Positions 28,682 through 39,795 of a stretch of DNA of 64,000 nt are shown here, one piece after another (within the stretch, counting starts at the first letter, position 1; each line of letters begins with the position of its first letter). Below the pieces are notes generated by a model, which had not been told where the DNA came from, ran no database searches, and was given only the letters and a program-made list of their open reading frames with translations. The stretch covers positions 30,580 to 94,579 of the IMG/VR virus record IMGVR_UViG_3300036820_000008; one strand, 5' to 3'. Both the position numbers and the translations under genes were made by a program. The stretch is from a virus.

Positions 28682-29257
28682 CTAGGAGTCGGTCCGATTC
28701 CACTTCTGGTACGAGGCAGGCACAGAGCCAGTTTTCAGCCCGATCACCCAGGCTCCATTGAACTGGCCGCCGTAGTCATCCGTCATTACTTCGCAGAGAT
28801 CTCCGCCAGAGGCCTCATTGCAGATGAAGCCGCCAGTTCCGCCGTACATAAGCCACTGCTGGTCGCTATCGCCATCGCACGGGGCCATGTCGAGGTGAAT
28901 GTTGTCGTCACCGCCTGAGTCGTCGACGCATTTGCCGGACGCCTCAGAGACGATCGTTCCCCAGTTGCCGATGCCCCCGGACATCGCCCATTCCTGGGAG
29001 CTCTGTCCTCCACAGCCCTGTAGATCGAGGTCTCCGGCATTGTTCTGTATACAGTACGCGGGGTTCGCGTTCAGCGCGAGGTGATGGTATGTTACGGCAG
29101 AGGCACTGGAGACGCCAGCCGAGCTAGTTCCGGCGGAGACGCCGAGTCCAGCCAGGAGGACGCCAACAGCGAGCAGTACGGTCAGGCCAAAGAATCTTCC
29201 GCGAGATCTGAGTCTCTTGAATCCCATGCTACGTGAATTCCTTTCTAGAGAGGACAT
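28682..29257 (-). CDS. Secreted ricin-B (beta-trefoil) lectin-like protein
   Basis: Basic-then-hydrophobic signal peptide; QEW/QQW/QKW repeats; SGKCVD, C....Q.W. Confidence 0.8.
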   Translation of the reverse strand: MSSLERNSRSMGFKRLRSRGRFFGLTVLLAVGVLLAGLGVSAGTSSAGVSSASAVTYHHLALNANPAYCIQNNAGDLDLQGCGGQSSQEWAMSGGIGNWGTIVSEASGKCVDDSGGDDNIHLDMAPCDGDSDQQWLMYGGTGGFICNEASGGDLCEVMTDDYGGQFNGAWVIGLKTGSVPASYQKWNRTDS

Positions 29258-29324
29258 GGAAGAGATGCACGGGATAGTATACCGTACGCTATAATACCGA
29301 TCACGACCGAGTCAGGGAGAGGAC

Positions 29325-29804
29325 ATGGAAGAGATGCAGGGAGAAGACCCGAGGCCATACAGGACCTTCAGCGAGGTGCTGGAGGAGACGGTGGCCCAGA
29401 TCGACAGGAGCTTTCCGGCGGCGGCAAGTTTTCCCGAAACCGTGCAGTGGGCGGCCAATGATGTGGCGAAGGTTGTGTGGAGCGAGCAGTGCTCCTATGA
29501 CCACGACTCCGTTAGGGAGGCGGAGGACCCGCTATACCCTGGCAGGATATGTGTAGAGTGGAGAAGAGACCAGGGATATCTGGGCGATTACGGCATGGAC
29601 AAGGTGGAGGTGAGGGAGCTTATCGTTCAGCTGAATAATGCGCTGGGCGATGACGCCTTCCTCCTCGCGGAGGTGAAGGGGCCGGTGGATCCGGCTGGCG
29701 TGATGGCAAGGTCCAGGATGGCAAGGGATCGTGCGAGGATCACGCGAATAGCAGATGACGGGAAGCTCGAGAACGCTACCGGCCCGGACCCGGACACGGT
29801 ATAA
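29325..29804 (+). CDS. Hypothetical protein, paralog of 29812-30690
   Basis: FPAAASFPE...W..QCSYDHDSV shared. Confidence 0.75.
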   Translation: MEEMQGEDPRPYRTFSEVLEETVAQIDRSFPAAASFPETVQWAANDVAKVVWSEQCSYDHDSVREAEDPLYPGRICVEWRRDQGYLGDYGMDKVEVRELIVQLNNALGDDAFLLAEVKGPVDPAGVMARSRMARDRARITRIADDGKLENATGPDPDTV

Positions 29805-29811
29805 TACCGCT

Positions 29812-30690
29812 ATGACCGAGACATCAGGGGATAAGGCAGAGCGCAGGTCCGGCGAGTACGGCGAGTACGGCGAGTACCGTTCATATGAGCAGGTGTTCAG
29901 CGATGTTGGTGAGCGGATTAGGGCGGACTTCCCGGCGACCGCGGCTTTCCCAGAGATCATGGAGCGCCTACGGGTCGAGATGGCGAACGCTGAGTGGAAG
30001 ATGCAGTGTGCATACAACCACGATACGGTAACCCCCGACAGCTGTAAGGACGGCATCCTGGCCATTTACTGGTATGAGGCGCAGAACAACGGCAAGGGGA
30101 GTACGGGTGCCAGAAAGGATGGCCAGCGGGATAGACCGGATATTCCTATCACAAGAGATGGCGCACCGATCGGACGTGACTTTATTGTCACCACGATCAC
30201 CCGCAAGGAGGCGCGAGAGCTGGCCCACCAGATCCTCTATGCGATAGGGGATCCCGTCCCTCTTCGTGTCAGCGATACCGGCGACGTGTATACGGCAGGC
30301 ATGGTGACAGCAAGCCAGACAGGCATGGTGTCGCCAGATCCGTCTGGCTTGCTGTATTCGTTCTCCGATCCTCCGGTTAAGATCGTTGACGCTCCGTCTG
30401 GCATGCGGCCGGGGTATCAGGGCGATATCGAGGTCGACACCAGACAGAAATTGTCTAGGGCCGAGGCAGAGGATCTCCTGGCTAGTGCTGAGGCCGATGA
30501 TTCGGGCGGCGGCATATGCCGTGGGGCGGGCCTGTCTGGGGCCGAGAAGGACGCAGATGCAGGTCAGCATAGCATGTCTCTGTCAGAGTCCGTCCAGGCC
30601 CGGGTTACTCGAGACAGAGAGGATCGCGCCACCCTCGCACAGCGTCGTCAGCTGGCCCGTATCGAGGGCCGTCCAGAGCCGAGGTACTGA
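29812..30690 (+). CDS. Hypothetical protein (leaderless), paralog of 29325-29804
   Basis: GG-TATAAT-6nt-ATG; FPATAAFPE...W..QCAYNHDTV. Confidence 0.75.
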   Translation: MTETSGDKAERRSGEYGEYGEYRSYEQVFSDVGERIRADFPATAAFPEIMERLRVEMANAEWKMQCAYNHDTVTPDSCKDGILAIYWYEAQNNGKGSTGARKDGQRDRPDIPITRDGAPIGRDFIVTTITRKEARELAHQILYAIGDPVPLRVSDTGDVYTAGMVTASQTGMVSPDPSGLLYSFSDPPVKIVDAPSGMRPGYQGDIEVDTRQKLSRAEAEDLLASAEADDSGGGICRGAGLSGAEKDADAGQHSMSLSESVQARVTRDREDRATLAQRRQLARIEGRPEPRY

Positions 30691-30692
30691 CG

Positions 30693-31147
30693 ATGCCATT
30701 CATTCCTGATGAGTATGACGGTACGGGCGGCAAGGACGCCTCAGAGGAGCCGGTGCCTGCTCTGATACAAAATGCCGCTGAGGCGCACGAGCTATTCACG
30801 GCTTATGCCCATGTCGGATTCACGCGCGACGAGGCGCTCAAGATCGTCATTGCGATTACGCTCGAGAACATGCGGTTCAACCTCAACAGGCGAGCGGCCG
30901 AGCAGGAGCGGGGCAACGACTGATGGCTGAGGTAAGGGTGACACCAGCGATCGCCGAAGGGCTGTCGATAGTCTTCGATGACGATCACATCAAGGGCATC
31001 GAGATGTCACGCGGGATCATCCGGGACAGCGTAACAGACAATCCTGAGTTCGACGGCACGTTTCGACTAGTCCTCCGTTTTGCTGCGGAGCAGGCTCCGC
31101 ACTGGGCTGATAGCAATGGCAGGCAGATCGAAACGAGCCAGGACTAG
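30693..31147 (+). other. Two small hypothetical genes (30693-30923, 30923-31147)
   Basis: Coupled; first has the common phage motif GFTRDEAL. Confidence 0.65.
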
Positions 31148-31165
31148 ACTGCAGAGGCGGATGGT

Positions 31166-32365
31166 ATGGAGCAGATAAACAAGAAGCTGTTTAACTGGGC
31201 TTCTATTCTCGAGGATGGTGCCCGGGAACAGACGATCCGAACAGCAAGCATGCCGTTCATACACCCGCATGTGGCCGTCATGGCCGATGCTCACTGGGGC
31301 AGAGGAGCAACCGTAGGGTCGGTTATTCCGACGGTCGGGGCGATCATTCCAGCGGCCGTGGGAGTAGATATCGGGTGCGGGATGATAGCGCACAGGACAT
31401 CGCTGACGGCCGAAGATCTGGCCGATCCTGTGATTCGCCGCAGGATCCGCGAGGAGATCGAGCGCTGTATCCCGCTGTCTATGGGGATGTACAATCAGAG
31501 CCTCTGGGATCACAAGACAGAGCGTCGCGTCCAGGAGCTCGAGTCGATATCTGGGGCGGCGGATGCGAATGAGATCGCAGATTGGACCATGCAGATTGGA
31601 TCTCTCGGGTCAGGTAACCACTTCATCGAGATCAGCATCGACGAAGAGGACCGTATCTGGCTGTTTCTGCACTCAGGTTCCAGGGGCGTCGGCAACAAGC
31701 TGGCGATGAGGCACATCAAGATCGCCCAGGAGTTCTGCGAACGGTACTGGATTGATCTTCCTGATCCCGACCTTGCGTATCTGGTCGAGGGGACGCCTGA
31801 GTTCGACAACTATCTGAGGTGTCTCACCTGGGCGCAGCATTTCGCTCTGCTCAATCGGGAGGAGATGATGCACAGGGTAGAGGAATCTGTCTATCACGTC
31901 ACCGGCAGGAACTGGTTCGTCGACGAGCGCGTCAACTGCCACCACAACTACACCGAGCAGATGAGCGGCGAGCTGATCGCCAAGTGGAAGTACCCCAAGG
32001 GGCGTAAGGGGCACATATGGCTCTCCCGTAAGGGTGCCATCGATGCCACCGAAGGCAGGCCGGGGCTGATTCCTGGATCGATGGGGACGCGCTCGTATGT
32101 CGTCGAGGGCAAGGGGAACCTGCTCTCGCTCAACTCGTCTCCGCACGGGGCGGGGCGTGAGTACAGCCGTTCTGCGGCCAAGAAGACGTTCACACGCGCG
32201 CAGCTCGACGAGGCGATGATCGGCATCGAGTGGCGGCATAGCGATGCCTTCCTGGACGAGATTCCACAGGCATACAAGGACATCGACGTAGTGATGAATG
32301 ATGCATCGGATCTAGTCCGCATCAGGCACACTTTGCGTCAGATCATCAATGTCAAAGGAGACTGA
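31166..32365 (+). CDS. rtcB: RtcB-family RNA ligase
   Basis: MADAHWG.GA.VG, VGVDIGCGM, GSLGSGNHFIE, HSGSRG, HHNY, RKGA, IPGSMG, HGAGR, DEIP.AYK. Confidence 0.96.
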   Translation: MEQINKKLFNWASILEDGAREQTIRTASMPFIHPHVAVMADAHWGRGATVGSVIPTVGAIIPAAVGVDIGCGMIAHRTSLTAEDLADPVIRRRIREEIERCIPLSMGMYNQSLWDHKTERRVQELESISGAADANEIADWTMQIGSLGSGNHFIEISIDEEDRIWLFLHSGSRGVGNKLAMRHIKIAQEFCERYWIDLPDPDLAYLVEGTPEFDNYLRCLTWAQHFALLNREEMMHRVEESVYHVTGRNWFVDERVNCHHNYTEQMSGELIAKWKYPKGRKGHIWLSRKGAIDATEGRPGLIPGSMGTRSYVVEGKGNLLSLNSSPHGAGREYSRSAAKKTFTRAQLDEAMIGIEWRHSDAFLDEIPQAYKDIDVVMNDASDLVRIRHTLRQIINVKGD

Positions 32366-32554
32366 TATGACCAGCAAAGAGGCGACGGAGTTTCTCGTCG
32401 AGCACGGGGAGTCTTTCACCTGGGCGCTGGCCGTCGTCAGCGACGCCCGGTTCGACGGCACCGCCAACCTGCTCAAGTGGGACATCGCGTACGACGATGA
32501 GAAACAGTTCACGATAACCCCACGCGAATACGCCGTGAGAGATGGTGCCAGAGA

Positions 32555-33064
32555 ATGAACATTCAACCACAGCCATATGTAGATCCGGAGCTATTCATTA
32601 CGCAGCGGTTCGCGGAGGAAGAGTATCTCATCAATCGATGCGGTGGCCTGCTCGACTCCGGAACGATATACGAGCTTGTAGATGATCTGCGCCACTTCCT
32701 ATGGCGTGGCAAGCCGATATCCGAAGATAGCATCCTGTACATTTCGCATTTCCGGCCGCATCGTATGGCGCTTGAATATGAGGCCAAGAAGGCGCTGATG
32801 CGTCGTCACGAGATGCGTCTGGTCGATCGTAATCCGGCGAAGCGAATGTGCTCTCACTGTACGATTCTGCACGATGCTCATGGCGATGGCGGGTGGGAGC
32901 CGTGGCCCTGCGAAGACATTCGGATCATGATGTCCGTATGGTCTGATCACCCCGACTATCGCAAGATGATGATGTCGGTCGGCGCTATTCGTGCAGAGGA
33001 CCCCGTGAGGCCAGAGAATCCTGCCCAGAGTCGTATGAAATGGAACGGGAGCGGAGTAACGTGA
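32555..33064 (+). CDS. DUF6221-like protein
   Basis: R...E.EAKK.L...H, WPC..IR....W.DHPDYR. Confidence 0.65.
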   Translation: MNIQPQPYVDPELFITQRFAEEEYLINRCGGLLDSGTIYELVDDLRHFLWRGKPISEDSILYISHFRPHRMALEYEAKKALMRRHEMRLVDRNPAKRMCSHCTILHDAHGDGGWEPWPCEDIRIMMSVWSDHPDYRKMMMSVGAIRAEDPVRPENPAQSRMKWNGSGVT

Positions 33065-33498
33065 GTCTACGGGGCTTCATGTTCGAGCCTGTCTGTGTTG
33101 TGCACGGCCCGATGAGATTCAAGATCGAGGGCTGCTGGTTTTTGTGCAATGGGTGGGATGGATCCCCCTGCTGTGCGCTGTCGTCTGAACAGGTAGCAGA
33201 TAACCCGGCCGCCTATGCCAGAGTCAGGCCTTCTGCGGATAGTCACCGGTCTATTCACGGTTACGTTATGGCGATACCAGAAGAATCACCTGCAGGACTT
33301 TCCGCTGATATGTACACGGAGGGTTCTGCGCACCCATAACTTTCAGCTAATTACCGCTATTTACCTGCGGAAATAATTCTGGCCTTATACCTTGCACGCC
33401 CTTTCGGCTGACCGCTTAGCTGAGGGGGCTTTACTTGTGCCCGCCGCGTACCCTATACTTGTGCCTGAGGATGGCTGGAAGCAGGGACAGGTGGCAAG

Positions 33499-34428
33499 AT
33501 GGTCGAGGAGGCACCGCGACGGAGGGTCAGGAAGCCAGCGTCGGGGCAGACGACCGCAGCTCGTGGAGGACGGGTTGCGGCACGCCGCTCTGGAACGCAG
33601 GCCGAGGCCGCCGTTCGTGAGCCGGACGACCAAGATGCAGTAGACGAGGTAATCTCGGACCTCGACGAACCATCGGAGCTTCAGCGGGCTCCACATGCGC
33701 CTGTCCCTCCTCCAGCCTCCCGGCGTACGAAGCCGGCTGCTGCCAAGACCCGCAGGAAGCGCACCGTTACGACGGAGCGTGAAGATGCGGATGACATGCA
33801 CACCATGGACGGGCATGTAGCCGAGAGGGCTGTGCGGCCCCGCAACCCCCTCATCGAAGTTCCTGACAAGGCTGAGGCTGCCGAGGACCCTGGTTCGGGC
33901 GAGGCAAAGCTGCAGCGCCGAGTTCTTGATCCCACCCAGCTATATCGCGGGCGCGCGAGGATGGCTCTCATGCGCGATCTCGCCATGGGCGAGTGGACGA
34001 ATGAGACTATAGCCAAGTCGGTTGGCGTACATCCTGAGTTCATACGGGACTTCGCAGAGACGTATGCGGAGGACATCGCCGAGGTACGCGCCGCGCTACA
34101 GGGACAGGTCGCTATTGAGTCGGGCGGCCTGTGGATAAGCAAGCGCGTAAACCGCCTCGCGGAGCTCCAGGGTGACTATGAGGACATTGACCTCGTGGTC
34201 GAGGAGATGCGCAAGAACTGGCGAGAGAAAACAGAGACTGACGCCAACATGACTCTTGGGTCTCGTAGGCACCAGGCACTGCTCAGGGCGAAGATATCGA
34301 TCCTCAAGGCAGTCAGTGACGAGCTGGCCCCGAGCAAGGCGAAGCAGGACGAAGACATGGACCGGAATACCGTACGATACGTCATTGAGCAGGACGATGG
34401 CGACGACATAATCGAGGCACTAACGTGA
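33499..34428 (+). CDS. Putative terminase small subunit or HTH protein
   Basis: Disordered N-terminus, HTH-like TNETIAKSVGVHP, coiled C-terminus; upstream of TerL. Confidence 0.5.
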   Translation: MVEEAPRRRVRKPASGQTTAARGGRVAARRSGTQAEAAVREPDDQDAVDEVISDLDEPSELQRAPHAPVPPPASRRTKPAAAKTRRKRTVTTEREDADDMHTMDGHVAERAVRPRNPLIEVPDKAEAAEDPGSGEAKLQRRVLDPTQLYRGRARMALMRDLAMGEWTNETIAKSVGVHPEFIRDFAETYAEDIAEVRAALQGQVAIESGGLWISKRVNRLAELQGDYEDIDLVVEEMRKNWREKTETDANMTLGSRRHQALLRAKISILKAVSDELAPSKAKQDEDMDRNTVRYVIEQDDGDDIIEALT

Positions 34429-36666
34429 ACCGAGATCACGATCAGGAAGTAGTCAATCGGCATGTGTGCATAAAGCATGCTGATCACACGCGCGAAGATG
34501 TGCTTGCAGAGATCGACGTTGAGAGTGGGCTGTATCCGTCGCCGGATATCGCTAAGGCCATACGTGACTACTATGACTTTGGCGGCTGGGACAGGGTCGC
34601 AAACGACATTCGGCACAAGGATGAGGCCGAAAAGCAGGCTGACGAGATAGTATTCGGCCATAACTGGATGCCCGATGGCATCTTCGGGGTACAGTTCGAC
34701 CCAACTCCGCTGCAGCTGTACTACAGCCCGCCGGATGAGGCGCGGCAGAACAACCAGCGCATGCAGGAAGACATTTGGCGCAGGCGTTTCGGTGGCCTTG
34801 CGGCGCGCGGTAATCCGATCCAGGCGGCTAGCAGTTACATCACGGCCCGGTACTCGCGTATTGACGACGATATGCCATGGGCTTGCATCCGGCCGATGGA
34901 AGAGGGATCCTTTGTCCCTCCGGACGTGCTTGATGATTTGCGGCGTAACCTCGAGTACTGCATGCTCAGCAACGTCTGGGCCATGGGGCCGTCCGTAACG
35001 ACATACGAACCGCCCATTCCTACGCTGTGGCAGCGATTCGTGGTCGGATTCAGGGCGTTGCGTAGGGATCTGGCTGAACTGGCATACGAGATGATATCCG
35101 GCCGTGAGTTCCCGGGTGATGACGCGCTGGAGGACCGGTAATGGCATCGGTACCTGTCCCCCAAACTGTCTCTGGGATCATTATAGCAGCGACTAGCGTT
35201 GCCGTCTGGTCCGTCCAGACATACGTGTTCCATGGGGCAATGCCTGCGTATGTGTCCGCTTCGCTGGGCGGCGTGATATCTGGTGTAGTCGGCGCGATTG
35301 TGGCGCATATCAATCTGTACAGGATCCCTCCGGACCTCAAGGCGACATTCGGCCGCTGGCTTGCAGAGCGGCGCAAGGCTGAGTCTGCCGAGAGACTTGC
35401 GGGCGGTGCGGCATGAGGACCGAAGACGGCATCTGGTGTGATGTCAAGAAGTGCAGGATAAAGGCTTTCCGAATACACAGTTGCAATGTGGAGCAGTCTG
35501 AATTCGCATTCTGCGAGCAGCACAACAAGGATTGGGTAGAGAAGACGCGCGGAACCCAGCAGGCATTTAGATGCCCGCGGTGTCTGCCGAATTTCCTTAC
35601 GCAGCAGGAGAACGCTGCGAATCTGCCCAATCACGCTCTGGTGCAGCTTCCTCCTCCGATTGTCGGGCCGTTGGCCATGGCCATCGAGGATGCGATGATG
35701 CGCGAGGGCGTCCTGAGTCACAACAGGATCAAGGTGCTGCAGCGCCTCGCGGCGTGCGATGACCCATATGTCTCGGCTATCTTCCGAAGTACAGCCGAGG
35801 TGACAGTGTGAACGGAGACGTGATTGGTATGGTGTGGCGCTCAGGTCGTCATCGGCCGCGTCACATCTATGCCCAGGTCGGTCCTGTCCCAGATGACTTG
35901 GACCAAGAGGTCGTGTTCTGCGAGACAGAAGAGATAGCTGCACATGTTATTGCATCGCACAATGCAGGAATCGGCGGTGCTACGGAATGAGCATGCAGGT
36001 GCCGGGCATGTCCGCCGAATGCTATTACTACCAGCAGTGCGTGTGCGATTCTGGATGCGCGAACTTCGTTAAATGTATGGATCTTGGTCCTCTGCACGAA
36101 GAGGAAGTCACACAGAGATTCACTGCCAAGTCATCCGTACTCGTCTGTGTCATCTGTGGCGGCGACCATCCGTTTGATTTTAGCGCCGACAGCATTGAGC
36201 GCTGTCTGAAGAAGAGAGACGATGACTACCACAACGATAGGCTGCGATCGTACGTAAACGACCATCTTCGCCAGATCACGGTGATTCCGAGATGAAGATC
36301 ACGGGAGCTCGTCGGGTGCCCACTTTCGACGACATCGAGAATGCTGGCGATTACTCTGGCCCACACCCTCTGCAGAAGGGTGAGTGCGAGGTCAAGGTCA
36401 TCTGGTTCCTTCTGCCGATACACAAAGGCAGGGACAAGTTTGACCGACCGGATGAGGGCAGTGGAATTCATGGCGTGTATGATCCGCCGTGGACATTCAC
36501 TGAGTGTCCTGATGGCTCGGTTGAGATTCGTGCTTCGATAGGGTGCGGGGCCAGCGACAAAGGATACTACTGGCACGGATACCTGGACAGCGGTAATGTC
36601 TGGAGGCAAGTGTTATGTCTACCCAGGCAGTCCATCGATACGGGCCACGTAAGGCCTGCCGGGTAG
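34425..36666 (+). other. Coupled accessory genes (34425-35141, 35141-35416 two-TM, 35413-35811, 35808-35990, 35987-36295, 36292-36666)
   Basis: 1- or 4-bp overlaps throughout. Confidence 0.7.
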
Positions 36667-38054
36667 CTATGCGTGCACGTGACCCTGAGGTGCTTATTGC
36701 AGGACCAGCTGGCACCGGGAAGAGTCGTGCATGCCTAGAGAAGATCCACTTGATGGCTTTGGTCAACCCTGGGATGCGCGGGCTAATCTGTCGAAAGACT
36801 GCCACTACACTATCCTCCACAGCCCTTGTGACGTGGCAGCGATTCGTGGCGAGGGAAGCCCTGGATTCTGGCGAGGTTCGATTCTATGGGGGTTCAGCCC
36901 AGGAACCCCCTCAGTACAAGTACAGAAACGGGTCCGTGATCGCTATCGGCGGACTCGACAAGATCGACAAGATAATGTCATCCGAGTACGACGTTATCTA
37001 CGTGCAAGAGGCGACAGAGCTGAGTGAGGACGACTGGGAGAGCCTGACTACTCGGCTACGTAACTGGAAGATTAGTTTCCAGCAGCTCATTGCAGACTGC
37101 AACCCAAGTTTTCCGACACACTGGCTGAAGCGTCGGTGCGACGATGGTCGCACCCTGATGCTTGAAAGCAGGCACGAGGACAACCCTATTCTTTTCGATC
37201 CATCCGGGCGTATCACGGAGCGTGGACGCGATTACATATCCAAGCTCGACAATCTCACAGGAGTTCGGTACCAGCGCCTACGAAGAGGAAACTGGGTTGC
37301 TGCCGAGGGTGTCATTTACGAAGACTTCTCTAATGCTCTTCACGTCCTCTCCAGAGAAGCCTTCGCCACACTGCACGCTGATGACGAGCCACTAGACGCA
37401 TTCGGTATACCGTTCGCATGGCCTCGTTACTGGTCTGTCGACTTCGGATTCGTCCACCCGTTCGTGTTGCAGAGCTGGGTCGAGGATCCTGATGGTCGCA
37501 TGTACCTGTATCGCGAGATTTACCACACGCATCGCACGGTAGACCAGCATGCCCAGCAGATGCTGGAGATTGTTGCCCCTTGCCGCAAGGCAGGGTGCTC
37601 GCACACAACTAATTTCCGTGGCGACAAAGAGTGTGAGCGTGAGTGGCTAGAGCCTAAGCCTACCTCCATCGTCGCGGATCATGATGCGGAAGGTCGTGCC
37701 GTACTCGAGCGCGAGCTAGAGATGACCGTACAGCCTGCGCACAAGGCGGTGACTGAGGGAATTGAGGCCATACAGGTACGCCTACGCCCGGAAGGTGACG
37801 GTCGACCCAGGGTCTATCTACTTGCCGACGCTGTGGTTGAGCGCGACCCTGAACTTGTCGAGGGCTCGCGTCCTACGTGTACGCTGGAGGAGATCCCTGG
37901 CTACGTATGGTCCGATAAGGGCAAGGAGGAGCCGTCCAAGGTTGACGACGACGGTTGCGACGCAATGAGGTACGCAATTGCCGACCGAGACTTCGGCATC
38001 CGTGCACTGTACAGGAGCTTTATAGCGTTATGGCAAACATTCCAGATGAAGTAG
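36615..38054 (+). CDS. Terminase large subunit
   Basis: GPAGTGKS, YVQEATE Walker B, DCNP..HW, VDFGFVHP, DDGCDAMRY. Confidence 0.95.
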   Translation: MSTQAVHRYGPRKACRVAMRARDPEVLIAGPAGTGKSRACLEKIHLMALVNPGMRGLICRKTATTLSSTALVTWQRFVAREALDSGEVRFYGGSAQEPPQYKYRNGSVIAIGGLDKIDKIMSSEYDVIYVQEATELSEDDWESLTTRLRNWKISFQQLIADCNPSFPTHWLKRRCDDGRTLMLESRHEDNPILFDPSGRITERGRDYISKLDNLTGVRYQRLRRGNWVAAEGVIYEDFSNALHVLSREAFATLHADDEPLDAFGIPFAWPRYWSVDFGFVHPFVLQSWVEDPDGRMYLYREIYHTHRTVDQHAQQMLEIVAPCRKAGCSHTTNFRGDKECEREWLEPKPTSIVADHDAEGRAVLERELEMTVQPAHKAVTEGIEAIQVRLRPEGDGRPRVYLLADAVVERDPELVEGSRPTCTLEEIPGYVWSDKGKEEPSKVDDDGCDAMRYAIADRDFGIRALYRSFIALWQTFQMK

Positions 38055-38694
38055 AGCTGAAGGTTAAGCTCAGCTTCAGAGACGATCTTCTTCCGTACAT
38101 GGCCGCCATCGTTCGGCCCGGTGACACGATGGTCGTTTCATTCGAGGGGCGCATCACCATGCAGCAGGCGAGCGAGCTGCAGGAGAGATGGCACGTTATC
38201 ACAAAGGGAACCAGCAATATTGCTTTCCTGGAGAATGTTGCCGAGATTACTGTCCTTCGTCCTGACGAGAATATCGTCGTCGAAGACAGGCCATTCTTCG
38301 AGAGTCTTCGGGATGTCCGTGAGGCCGTAAGTGCTGCGAACGGCCAGGAGGAAAAGACAGAGTGATTATCGCCCTGTATGCCGCTCTTGCGATGATTCTG
38401 CAGGACATACTTGCCGTGTGTCTAGTGCAGGCGGAGGCGCGCAATAGGGCTGTGGCTGCAGGGCTGCTTGATTGTGCCGGCTGGCTGGCAACTATAACGA
38501 CCGCGGCCATAAGCATAACTACGCTCCAGGGCAATGATTTCCGACTCAAGGTGTTCGTACTGTTGTTCGTCACTGCCGGTAACTTCATCGGCTCGTACAG
38601 TGGTGTTAAGATTGGGCAGAGACTGATCAAGGAGACCGTCTGCCCCTGCATAAATTGCAGCCCTAGCGTAGCCAAGTCAAAGGTGGCACTATGA
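38030..38694 (+). other. Hypothetical gene (38030-38365) and three-TM membrane protein (38362-38694)
   Basis: Coupled; hydrophobic helices in the second. Confidence 0.65.
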
Positions 38695-39086
38695 GTGGAC
38701 ATGGCTGGGTCGTCCCCCTTCCGAGCGGAGCAAAGGCTCGATGTGGCGGCCCCGGAATCTGCAAGGAATGCCGCAGTGAACTCCTTCCGATGCGCAGCGA
38801 TGATGTCCAGGAGAAGATGAAGTGGCTGCTTGCATACGATCACCTTCCGGAAGGTGACGTCAGACAGACTAGTGCGCGTGTAGCTAACCTCGCGATAAGC
38901 ATGCTTCTGCACCTCAAGGACGGCCCTCAGCTTGTAATTGGATTGCAGAGACTTGTAGATGCGAAGGACGCACTTGTAAGGCAGGCGATCGCAGATGGGC
39001 AAACAAGCCCGCAAACCGACCCAGCTGCAGGATTCACCTCAGATCCCTCCCCTGATACAAGGCCGAGACAAGATGTACTGTGCTGA
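38691..39086 (+). CDS. Zn-motif plus helical-hairpin protein (YDHLP...GPQ...L.RL.DAKD.LVR)
   Basis: HGWV.P...KARCGGP..C..C N-terminus; conserved phage hairpin motif. Confidence 0.65.
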   Translation: MSGHGWVVPLPSGAKARCGGPGICKECRSELLPMRSDDVQEKMKWLLAYDHLPEGDVRQTSARVANLAISMLLHLKDGPQLVIGLQRLVDAKDALVRQAIADGQTSPQTDPAAGFTSDPSPDTRPRQDVLC

Positions 39087-39328
39087 GATGTGCGGAGTCA
39101 ATTGGGTCGGGCGTGGCCGCAAGAGGGCACGCAAGATCAAGCCTCGCTACCGGGTTCATTACATGAGGAAGCATTTCGAGGTGGACGAGACATGAGTTTG
39201 CACGTTCACGACTCGTATATGTGTCCGGCGCACGTTGGCGCCTGCAATTGCCCAAACATCGAGGAATACCTCTGTAACCCGTACTATGTGGCCGGACACT
39301 GCCCTGACAATATCGAGGTTATGCCGTT

Positions 39329-39795
39329 ATGAGCGCTACCAGGGCGCTCCCTCGCCACGGGTATCAGAATGTCACAAGCCTCGAGACACGCAAACAGAAG
39401 TGGAAGCGCAAGTCCAGAATTGCTAGCGAGAGCATCCGTGGTTTCGCCAAGGTTGCTGTGTACCCCAGATTGCGTCACGCCGCAGAGCACACATACACAA
39501 TTGCTGCTATCGTTTGCGCCGATTGGGCCGCCTGGTTGTGGAATGATAAGGCTGGCCTTATAACAGCTGCTATCCTGCTGATTCTCTTCGAGCTGAAGGT
39601 CGGCAGCTGATGAAGACTGTGGTCGTCACCTGGATGGATGGCAAACAAGAGGTTTATACCTGCGGCAAAGATCTTGTCGGAAATGGTTTTCTGGAGCTTC
39701 GTCCGTCAAGGTACCCGGCGACCGGAGATGACCGTGTAAAGGTTATTCCCCTGGATAATGTTCGGATATACACGGTAGATGGGACGGAGTCGTGA
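39329..39795 (+). other. Small TM protein (39329-39610) and small protein (39610-39795)
   Basis: Coupled to the portal gene. Confidence 0.6.
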
